Assembly: GCA_002633005.1 (NCBI GenBank)
Contig: NMRA01000017.1
Span: 926,807-990,806 of the forward strand
DNA length: 64,000 nt
From: Phoronis australis
Lineage: Eukaryota > Animalia > Phoronida
Direction: 5' to 3'
Shown here: piece by piece, positions 40,001 through 52,000 of the stretch
Position numbering within the stretch: the stretch's first letter is position 1
Layout of the letters: every line of letters starts with the position of its first letter
Notes under the pieces: generated by a model
Databases searched by the model: none
Told to the model about the DNA's origin: nothing
What the model saw: the letters and a program-made list of their open reading frames with translations, nothing else
Position numbers and translations under genes: made by a program

Positions 40001-43000
40001 AAAAGAAATCAATGCATCTTATAATTATAGAATAAGTTTACGCAGTACTTTATCTACAACAGTGTATTTAGCCACATATGTACAAGACTATTAGATTTTA
40101 ACTCTGTCAGTGAAAGTCCATATTTTGTGAACTAAATAAACAGCTTGCCATTGGGTCACGTGACTGTTTTTTTATTAGCAAAAAAAAAGAAAAGCAGTCA
40201 TTCATAGCAAAACAACAGTATCAAATATTTCAATTAAATGTTCAAAATGAAATCTCACCAACACTGTTACTGTAACAGTTTTTCCAATTGCGTGTCATTC
40301 CGTTTTCCTTTTATGCATGTTTTGATTTTCTTTGTAAAATAAGTCCTATCTTCGTTACTAGCCCTTTATGTAAAAGTAGAAGATTTTGAAAACAATTCTA
40401 AACAGCGTTTTGGAGAACAGTGCGTAAATCTTATCTGAAATTTTTATATGAATCTGATCAGTCATTTCTGAGACACGATGTTTCCAATTTAGCCAAATTT
40501 GGGCTAGGATCCTACATGATATTAAGATGATGTGTTTTTACCACAACTGTGAAAATGATTGTTTAGACTTGCCAAATGAAAGAATGGATTAAAACCAAAA
40601 ATAAAGTGCATTACTTTTACCAAGCACTTGCCCATTATAGTCAAAATAAATTTCACGACAATGAACCTAAACTAAATGTACGAGACATACTTGTGTTCTG
40701 TTTGTGACATCACACCACCAGATGGCATAGTGAATAAAACATGAGAGTTACACCCGGTTACTTATCAGATGCATCATGTTCAAACCTTCTCTCACATCAG
40801 TTTCTTGTGTTTAAGACAATAAAAACACCAGTAGATTCCTAGCCTCTTTGAAATTAATTTCAGCTTGTGAGGTTGTAAGTCCAACTTTAATTAAAACAGC
40901 GCAGATGATCAAGGTCACATGCTCACTTCAACTTGCATGGATTTGATATCCCACATGGACAGGAAGCCGATCAGATTCTGCTGAGCGCGACCCGCCGCTG
41001 AGCAGACAAATTTGAGACCCTGAGGACTGCTGTTTATGGACACAATCCTGTTAAAGTAAATAAAAATCAGTTGCTTATAAAAGTCAACACAAAAAGTGCT
41101 AATTGTAAAAATAAGAAATTTCAAATGCAAACTGTTATAATATAATTAAGGAGTGTATGAATTTAAAACCCCTATTACTATGTGTCACTAAATCTATATT
41201 ATGACCACCAATAATGACAATATGTACACCTAATTATTCAAAGAAAAATTTTATGACTATTGGTGTATCGGCTTTGCTAAAGACATTATTGTACTTAGCA
41301 ACTTGTTCTGTCATACAATGACTATGATTTTGGTCATTACACTGGCTTGCAGACTATGAATGACAACTTATGGCTTTTGGAGTCTGAAACAAGACAGCAA
41401 ACAATGAAGGACAAAAAGACAGTCTTGTTACCAAGCCTAGCAAACTATTCATATTGCCAACATGAAACGTAGTATAGGGACTAGAGTAGTTACCTATCGG
41501 CCACCTGTCTATGTTTGCGGGCCTAGCTTTCGGACCCGTCCTGGGCACAAACATGTTGTCGATAGGTAACTATTCTATTCTATTCCCTATACATGTACGT
41601 AATGGTGCCAGCTATGAACATTCATTCTTATCATAAAACATAGTATTATGCTACATATTTCACAATAATAATCACGGACCTGGGAAAAGCTGGATCAGAC
41701 TGTGACTCATATATTGTTCTCTTTTCTTGAACATCAAATAATTTAATAAAGCCTGCCTTGTTTCCGAGTAGTATCTGTAAAACAGTGGTTGAAAAACAAG
41801 TCTAGAATTAAACAACATACCATGCTGCTGAAAATATTAACATCTGAGGAAATGCTCTAAAACTTTAAAAGATAGCAGAGGGTTGCATACTTCAGGTATC
41901 TCCCATATCATAACCAGAACGAGCTTTAAAGCTGCATTTCTTCCTGTTTAACAGGCTACAACCGGAAATCAAATTGGGCCTTTTGTCATCATAATGTTTC
42001 TTACTATGACGAGGTTCTATTTACAGTATAACCTCAAGTAACAGGCAATGCGGACATGACTGTGACTTGAATTGCTAACAGAAATGTAATCCTAGTAGTC
42101 AGAATTATGATGGGACAAACTTTAAGAGAGTATAAGGCTTAATTGTATTTTCAGTTTTTAGCAAGTAGCAAAATGTGGTTTTCACTAGAACCCTTTCCTT
42201 TGGAGCTTCAATGAAAGCTTTTAAATAAAAGAAAATGGCAAAATCCCCATCAGACTATGATATGATACCTTGGACACATAACTGTTTCAATTCAAAAATT
42301 ACAACAATGGTAATAACAGTGTAATAACAATATCAAATGTAGAAGTTTACTTTTCATATGTAGTAGTAACAACTAAAATGAATTTCCCTCATGCTTTTCC
42401 TGGTCATCTGCCATGTTCTACAGGTGGTACAGTACATGACAAAAGTAATCTGACTGAAAATTCATTTCTCCTGTCATGACGCCTAATTCAGAATCCGTTA
42501 AGAGTAATAATTACTAGTAATAACAATTCAACCTTTGTTATAAAACTTTCTGTTAATTCCTTTTCATGCTCAGTCAAAAGAGAAGACTAAACTGATGAAT
42601 TCAACCATCAGGACGCGGAATTGCGGGTCATTTTGTCTGACTTTTTACTTTTGGTTTGTACTGTACTGTACTGTACTTGTGTACGAAATTCTGTAAGCTT
42701 TTTTATAAGTTTTCTGTTCAGTGATTACATCCTGAATGAGAAAACTGCCATCTACAGTACAAGCTGAAAGTATTCAAACACAATGACCCGCAATTCCCCG
42801 TCATGAAGATTGGGCAGAAGCTAAATTATTAAGAAAGAAGGGACATTAAAAGGACACTCAGTTAGTAAGCTGACTAAGCCATTCTGTAATTAGAATTTTC
42901 ACGCCGCCCGAATAGTAATATCCGGTCATTTTTTCCATTAACAAAGTTGACCATAGTGACAGTTAATCAGTATTTTGTTTGATTACTTTTGTTTTGCAAT

Positions 43001-46000
43001 AAATAACCACAACTATCACAGTAATTTACCATTCTGTCTTGTCGACTAGCCCAGTCTAAAGCAGTGAATGCAGATTTTGACATTATAGTGGCCACTGTAG
43101 TTGGACTTGGCTGCATAGCCCAGATTCTGAAAGCCAAAAATAAGTTGGAAAATCACATCTGCTACAACTTACGTAATAAATGTTACTTTGAGAATAAGAA
43201 ATGAGAAGCATTTCATTTAATAGACTAAGTCTTCTCCACACTTAAACGGACATTCAGTTTTAATTATAATGAAAACAGACATACAAGCTGCCCCAACAAA
43301 GGACATGTATTTATGGTACCAATGTTTGATCAAGACATGTTTTTGATACCATAGTCTTGCTATCAATGTACCTTAAGTATTTGCTCTAAATTTTACTACC
43401 ACGACATGGTCATGTGACTCAGTAAATGGCAGACTTATAAAATGTTAAAATCTTACTTTACAACGCCGTCAACATCTGAACTGGCAATATGGCCGCCAGT
43501 CTGACTGAAACGACAGTGAGTAATGGTTGAGTGATGCTCGACGAACTCTTCCTGTAAGTAAACAGCAAACAATTTCATAAAAATGTAACAATATTATACC
43601 AATAATATATCAGCATTTCACATTGTGACAGACACAGTGTGAAATACTTGTATTTGAAACAACATAATTATAAAATCGTTTAAATTTATAATTGCTGCTA
43701 TTTTGCAGTAATGCAGTTCACGAATTAACAAATTTTAAAGAAAATTATCAAGGCCGTAAATTAAACTATGAATTACAAAAGACACAAAATAAGACAAAAA
43801 CTTAATAAATTTTGCTGGGGAGCGGGAAAGCAATTCAACTTTGTTTGCGTTTATTGCATTAAAGTTAAACTTTTATGTTAAATATCTTTAATCGGATTAA
43901 GGGCTGTTCCAGCAAAATCTGTATGGGAGGGGGGGACGGCAGTAGAAATAAAAATTCGTGGGTGGTGGTCTTCAGAAAAAAACTCAAATTATGGGTGGTC
44001 GTTCTTGTAAGAAGTGAAGCATTAAAACTGGCCCTATTTATTTTTTGACCTGTAAATGTTGACAGTTTGGTACTTGCAGCCAAACACATCTCAAAAGAAA
44101 TCAAAACTCACCAAAAATTCAGTTAACAAATACTCAAACATATCCCAAGGCAAAAACCAAACCCATGCGGCTGGTGTACAGAGTGCAATATGAATACCAT
44201 ACCATTACTCAAGTGATGGGCAACTCGATTACAATCATGTTGTACTGCACTCATATTACAATGAAAAATTCTGCAACACTAAACTGGTGTTAACACAAGA
44301 AAATTGAGGATTTTTAAATAGAAAGTATGAGGAGTAAGATAGACAAGTTCCAATATGAAATTGAAAAAATCTATTACAGAGACACATGGTGAACAGAGAC
44401 ACCTTATGGCTACCAAAAGTATTGCTCTCAGATGTCTTTGAAAAGCAAGTATCTGGTAACTGAATGAGTTGTGATCTCACATGGAATATTTCTGCACCCC
44501 CAAAAACTTTGTGGTCCATCCATGTGTCAATATCATTTCTTGTCCATCAATTATCTCAATAATCGCTAGGCGAATCATGATGAAATTTGGTATAGAGGTA
44601 CTTGGCAAGGATGCGCCTGCACCAGTCGATTTCTGGGTGAATTTGGCAACCTTGGTACCCCATGTTGGCCGCTTTAGTTTTCGACAAGCCATTCCTTGTA
44701 TGCTGATTATCTCAAAAACAGCTTCACCGATCACAATGAAATTTGAAATAGAAGTATATCGCAAGAATGTGCTGGCACCAGTCAATTTTTGGATGCTGGA
44801 TTCAACTACTGTCACAGTGGCACCCCGTTAGTTTTTTACAAAACAGGTTCATTATCTCAAAAAGTGCTAGGCACAACTGAAAGTTTGACACAAAAATATG
44901 TAGCAGGGATGGACGCATTGACAGAAGTCAACAAAGATACACCAGGCAACACACAATGAGTATCCCTTTGATGATGTCATAGCCAATGCTTCTGACCTCT
45001 GCTTTTGTGAAGGGTCTTAAACTAAGTTCACTGTGATCAAAATTCAATGTTTTTAACCATTTAATTGTTACTTTAAAAACTTACACAAAAGCAAACAGTC
45101 GTTTGCCTGAGCAATAATGTTATTTAGTCTAATCAAGAAGTTTCACAACCAGTGATAGTTAAGAGATACCTGTCCAATAAGGAGGAATGTTATATCGTCA
45201 TTATCATCAGATAGCGAGTCCCTTAAGGGGTCGTTGTCAGCAGTAGTGAGTGGAGAAGAGGTGCGACGAGGTCCTGGAACAGGGTCAGATAAGCTGGGTC
45301 TTGGCGGAGTAGATTCAGAGCTGATTCTTTTGGTTCTGGAAGGCGAATTCTTCTGCAAATTGCAAATGTTAAGCATTAGCAGAGCAAAGAAGGATTTTAT
45401 GAAAAAGTGCAGAGTAGCGGCAGAAATTGATGACCCATACTGCCGCCTAAATTTCTAGAGGGCATGTTGAAATGTTCAGTTACGGCTCTAAAGTAAGCTT
45501 TAAAAACATTTGAAGGCTGTGTACGGCCCTAGAAAATTTTCCAAACTTGGCTAAGTTCGGAACATTATCCACAAGAAGCAACTGATTCGATTCAGAATTT
45601 TCAGCAACTATAATCATTTGTGCACTGTTCTCCAAAGAGATGTTAGGAATTATTTTAAAGTGTTCCACTTTTGAATGAGGGGATATTGAAAACAGAATGA
45701 AAGAAATTTACATTAAACGAAAATGAAATATTTTAGAAAACTGTCATGTCCATGGTTTTTGATCTGCTTAAGGAACAAATTGAAACATTTGATTGCATAA
45801 TACAGTTATCTCCACAAACTATCACGCACAAAGCTGTTTGTAACTCTGACAATCAAAATTTTAAATTTAATTGCACCTCTGGTCATTTAAGAAGGCGCAA
45901 TATTATAAAGTGTAACGCATTACCGCTGTGACTCCTTTCTCCTCCTGTAAGCTTTCAGTAGGGCCGGCTATAGCGGACTGGACTCTCCTGTATGAAGGAG

Positions 46001-49000
46001 GAGTCTGGGCAGTTTGATTGACAGACACGGAACTACTTCCTTCAGGCTGGGGGAAAAGAGAAAATGCACACTAAGTAAAAGCGATAGATCAGAATATACA
46101 GATTACTCCAGGATCCGAGATTTAATTGTGTTATTCAAAATGAAACTTGAGATTGTTTTCGGCATTTTCTGTCCTACTTTTGTGCGAAGTCAACATATCT
46201 GTCTATTATTCTGCCTTGAGTACATGAGTTTCTAGTCCAAGGTCGCACTTGATGACCCTAGATTCGAGCAACAAACCCGAGTAAAAACTCTAAATTTGAA
46301 GTTCAGACTCAAACTTTTAGACCCAATGCTTAGGTCACCAAGTGCAGAATAGAATTAGATCATTATTCCTGAAAGCCATATGATTATGTATAAGCAAGCT
46401 TAGACTAGGACACAAGTCATGTATTTTGAGTTTGCACAAATGCAAACAGAAAATGCCAAAAATAATCTCGAGTTCGATTTCGAGTAAAAAACAGACCTCG
46501 GCCCAGAAGAAAATATTAACTGTCAACCAAAATTCAGATAAAACCAAATACTAATAAAGTAACTATCGGAAGACTATGAATATGAAGCTTTCTGGCTATC
46601 ATTTTTTCTATTTATAACGGCAACAGATATTCGTTATTCATAATTATGTTTTTCATATTATCCCAACTTAAATTTGGTCTCTGTAAGCTACATGCCGCCT
46701 TCAGTATACTAGAGTTATCAACCGATTAACATTGAGAAAAGAGTATTTTACCAACTTCAAATTATTAGTACATCCAAATACAACCAGGTGGCAGCACAGA
46801 TCCCCAGTCCAAGGCGATTAATCAGGAATGTTTTCCAGGTTTTAAGTCTCTCACTAAACCTCACAACACGTAGAGCTATAACAAAATACTTCCGAGTCAA
46901 TAGTCTGACTTATGAAGCAAAGCTTTTACAATAGTGGGCCAGTTCCACATCCTGATGAAAGTCATTGATAATCCAAGCATTACCTTTTCACGTGCAATTC
47001 GCTCATCACGACCCAACAGTTCTCTTCTGTTGCGCTCATTTTCCTCGCTCGAGCGAAGTTTAATAGGAATGCTAGGAGCAGTGACCTGGTCACTTTGTGA
47101 CATCTGGCCATTGTCCACTGGATACGACAAAACGGTCATTATAGGCTGAGAGGTAGTTGGTTTCAGTTTCTTTTCTTTGGCTGAGGCGTCCTAAAAACAT
47201 GATGATATTCTTAGAAAGCAGTCCTCATATTTCAAACCTCACCACATAGTACTTTGTTTTTCATTTCAGCATACAGTAAAACCAAATGTAGACAAAATGA
47301 CGCAAAATTTCGTGCCATGGCAGCCGGGTGGAAGTAAAACTCATCATCAGACCAGTCTTCCCTCATCAATGGAAGAGAACGGGAATTATCAGCGTATGAA
47401 AATTAGAAACTAAAGTGGTCAAGTCATTCTGTAATTAAAGTTACTACCAGTCATTTCTGTTGTGTCTGATTACATTAACTTTGTTAATATGTAATGTATC
47501 TGACTGTTATGTATTGTATCCGACTGTCATGTAGTGTACTTGATTGTCACGTAGTGAACCTGACTGTTAAGAAGCGTACCTGAGTGTTATGTAGTGTACC
47601 CAACCGTCATGTAGAGAACCTGATAACTTTCACCTCAAAACTGATCACAAACACAGTCACACACTTCAACACTAGCACACATAAACTGAATCAGAACAGA
47701 ATTACGCAAGAACAGAATTACTGTTACTTCTGCAAGTTTTGCCAAATTGAATGTAGATCCTTTTTCTAAACTCTAGTATGTGTTACAAGTTTTCTAGTAG
47801 ATTTCAATTGATAGCCAAGACGTCGGCTGTGAATATGATATGTGGCCAATATTAAATATTAAATTAACAACTGATTGGTCTCCTGCTTGGCCTACTATAT
47901 TGTTTTCCCATCTAATGTCACATTTGCATTATCTGGGAAGCATCCTCTACCAATACCAGTGGTGGATTTAGGGGGGAGGCCAAGGGGACCATGGCCCCCC
48001 TTAAAATTTAAAATTCTACCAGATACCATTTGGGAGTTTGGGTGTGCGCAAGCAGCGGCTCGTCGGGAGGTGAATAAACAATGCATAGACCCTGAGCAAA
48101 CTGAACATACCCCATTTACCGTTTTTTTTAGTCATCAGTTCCGCAACCCCAAACATTCGAGGCCTCTGCGTCCCCACATTTTAGGCTGGGCGCGCGCATC
48201 TGCCGAAATTCTAGTTATTCCCGTGCCCTAGCCCCCCCCTAATTCAAAATCCTGGATCCGGCCCTGAATACAGGTCCAAAACATGCTTGTACATAGGCAA
48301 TTGGTCTTTCATACCAAAGTGTACACGCTGGGGACTGAGACATCCCAAGAATTTGTTCCCAAGATGCAGTTAGTTTCATTACTCTAATACAATTGTTTAA
48401 AAGCTGAATACATTTGGTGTTAGCATATTAATGAAAATAAGTCTTTATCTCATTACCTTCTAGCTCGCTGACACTCGGTGCATGCAGAAAGACTGAAAGC
48501 CCTTCCATTTTTTTTATTATTTTTCACACAATCATTCAGTCTTACCACATATTTCTGCTTGGAGGCATCCGCTTTAGAAGCAGACATTTTCTTATTCATT
48601 CCAATGGGTGCCAAGCGTTTAGGTAACTCTTTCAGAACAGTTTTCAAGTTCGTCTTATTACTGTGGGTTGACTGGGATTCATCCGGGAGTGATGAATTTC
48701 TATAAAAATATTCATTGGCAAGATCAATAGTTTAGGAGCACGCTAGTCGCATGGTGACAAAACACTTAAAGTGACACTGAATCACCCACGTTCTGTCCAA
48801 GGTTTAAAATTGAAATTAGTTACAGCTGCAGTAAAATTGGTCTCGACGGCGTGATTTTTGGTCTTGCAAAAAAACTGGCAGCTGGTTATTCCTTGAGACC
48901 ATGCTCAGGGATAAAAATTAACAGATCGCGCTACAGGTTGATAAGTACAGAGTCTGACTTGTTTCAAGCCATTAATGAACTATCAGTTATAGTCAAGACC

Positions 49001-52000
49001 AGGAATTGCACGTAATTAGTATTTTGACTTAGTAACAAATTGAGACCACATTCACAAGAGGTCTAAATCACAAGTTTGGTTTCGTGAAGGCAGGTTTATG
49101 GTGACTTTAAGATGTTTCTTTTGGATGAGGGGTTACATTCCCGATATGGATTTAACTTTTAGTTCAACTTACTGCAAATTTTTATCTGACACCATGCAGC
49201 ATAAATATGGCAGACAACTGTAATTCTAGTTTATACAGTAAAGTGTACACAGTTAAAACTTCAAAATAGGAAATCAAGTTTTTTCTTCAGCACTATGGCC
49301 AAACCAAGTGTGCTCTCTTCCTCAGTGTAAAAATCAGAGAATATCGGATCCTAAAATCTCAGCAATGTAAGACATCATGGCAGACAATTGAAAATGCATT
49401 TTTATCAGAGATTATTAGAGCAAACTAAATGCCCCATTATTATTAAGTTCTATATTTATAGCTACCATCAATGTCAGACAATATTTTGATACAGTTACTA
49501 CAAAACAAACTTACTGTGAAATTACGTAGAAGTCGTCCATCATTTCAACACTAGGTGGTATGGCTGATGAAGTCTTACTATAACGTATGTCATCTCTCTT
49601 AGCTTCCAGGTCATGAGTCCTCAACAAGGCTTTGACCTAAACAACAGACATCAGTAACAAGAATCACCTGGGCTCTCTTTCATGAAAAGTGACTTATTTA
49701 AGACTTACAACAGAAGACTGGTCTAGCACTTCACAAAACTATTTCTGAAAAGTACTTAATCTTCCCTGAGAGCAAAAGTGCAAAGTCTCTGAGAGTATAC
49801 ACATAACTGCGAGTTACAGATGATTTCTATAAATTATTGATGCATTCATAATTACATGGCTAAACCTTTATTCTACAACTAAGAAGAGGGAGCACAAGTT
49901 AGACCAAACTTTTATCTAACAACACTTCCATGAAGAAGGGAACCCCTGGGCATGAAACACGCAGAATATCAGTGTCCTGTCAAGAGTTTGGTAATCAATG
50001 TCTAAGCTTGTTTAAAATTCAAACGAAAATATTCACACTGCACTTAAGAAATGTGAATAAAATAAGCAAATAAAAATTTAAATTTATGTCATGTTGCAAT
50101 GTTCATATTCAGCTGTTACATTTAGCATGAGAATAGAAAACAGAATAGAAACAGTGTTCTATTGTATGATGTACCGGTAAAATATGTTTACGATTCTATA
50201 AACAGAGCTCTGGTGCAAATGTCTTCAAAGCAATGTTGTCACATTCTTATCTTTTCTCATTTGGATTGAAATCAGTTTCCATATGGGCACCTAGAATTCC
50301 CTTATTGGCCATACTGCTTTGGCGACTGAAAATTTCCATAGAAGTGAGCAACTTAATGACTGAGTGAAACAAATAGCAAACTATCAGTTATTCCCAAACC
50401 TAAAAATCAAATTCAAGGAACAAGACGTGACCAGATACCCTAGATGGTCTGTACACAAACAAAAGACATATTATTGCACCTTTTTAAATTACTATTTTTA
50501 CAAACTTCCCATCTTGACTAGGGAGGAAAAATGTCAATATAACTAAATTCTAAATACACTTGACCAGCAGGAAGAACAAGTGCTGCACCCTACCTGGGAC
50601 TTGAACATTTCATTTTCATCCTCCAGCTTCTCAATAGTTTTGGCATCCTGCTCATAATGAAGTAAGGTAGGAACGGGTGACTTAGTTAAGAAAAGCAAGA
50701 TATACAATAAAATGCAATGTCCCATGGGAGTGCTCTTGTCCCATAGGAGTGCCCTTGTCCCATGAGAGTACCCTTTGTCCAATGCAGTGTGGGTTTTAAA
50801 AAGCTAATGACAATTAATTAAAATATCATTTTGGGAAAATCTTTATTGAAATGAAATCACCATAACAAAAATTTGTAATTTTTAACTAAAATTCAATTGG
50901 CAAAAATTCAAACACTGAGAAATCTCATTTTAGTTGAGAATGCATTAAATGTGCATTTGTTACAATGCTGACAATTTCCAGAAGGAGAAATGCATTCCAC
51001 TTATCAAGCTGTTGCCAAAACGTAGCTCTTTAATAACTTTGTGAAAGGACCCAACGAAAGAAAATATTTCTGCCAAAATAGTTCTGAACAGTAATTGTGC
51101 CTCAAAATTGATTTCAATTATAACTGAAACATTTAAGACTGATACTGTTAAGTCTACACCTTCAATAACAGAAACGCCAATTACAGCAAAAATTCTCAAG
51201 TTTGAGTCAAGTCTCTAGAATTTGGGACAAAGAAATTCGCACAAATATCAATTTTTCTTGCTTTTGGAATTTAGAGCAAGGGCGATTTTGGTGTTCACCA
51301 CATTTCTCAAATTTCAGACAATTTGATTTCAAATGCATCAGCATTTATTGCAGTCTTTCCGATGGTTCTTCAATTTGGTACGGACATCATTGTCTATCTC
51401 CAGAATTTAGGACAATCACTGATCTGGAGCAATTAATCAATTTTTCCCTTAGTCCAAAATTGGACAATTTTAACTGTGCTTCCATGATCATATTGGCGTG
51501 GGGGGGAACCAGGCCCCCACTCAATGGGACAAAACAGTGAAATACAGGAATCTATAACACCCCAGGGTTCCGTTTCATGAAACAGACTTTTAAGTCACTT
51601 TCTGTCTTAATCTTAAAAGATTAAGACAGAAATTTGTCTTACACTTCCACTTCACTGTTGCTGAAGAAATGTTTAGCCAAGTTACTATGGAGCATCAAAG
51701 TCTAGAGATGTTTAGCCAAGTTACTATGGAGCATCATAGTCTAGAAATAATTTATAGAACGAATTATCTCAATATTCAGTTCATTCTCGGACACTTCGTA
51801 CTTTTGCTCAAGTGAGATATGATCATTCTTCAGAAACAGATGTGTGGAGCGTAAGACCAAATTTGTGACATGAGTCTCCATTTGTCCAAAATGCCTCACA
51901 GGTAACATGGACTGCAAATAATTAGTACTGGATGTCCATAATCTGTTGTTATCCACATGGCCATTTAATTAACATTATGGCTAAGCTCACTTCTCAAATT

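Noticed and set aside
40716-40731. Isolated CTCF-like motifs (CCACCAGATGGCA here; similar near 9379 and 46783)
   Set aside because: Single short matches cannot be told apart from chance without ChIP or conservation data.
44477-44831. Overlapping 112-aa and 116-aa ORFs on opposite strands
   Set aside because: They coincide with the internal tandem units of the HINE-like repeat and show no protein family signal.
45158-45169. Second U12-type donor (GTATCTCTTAAC) in WDR91
   Set aside because: It deviates from the nearly invariant RTATCCTT, and the intron has ordinary GT-AG ends, so I treated it as U2-type.
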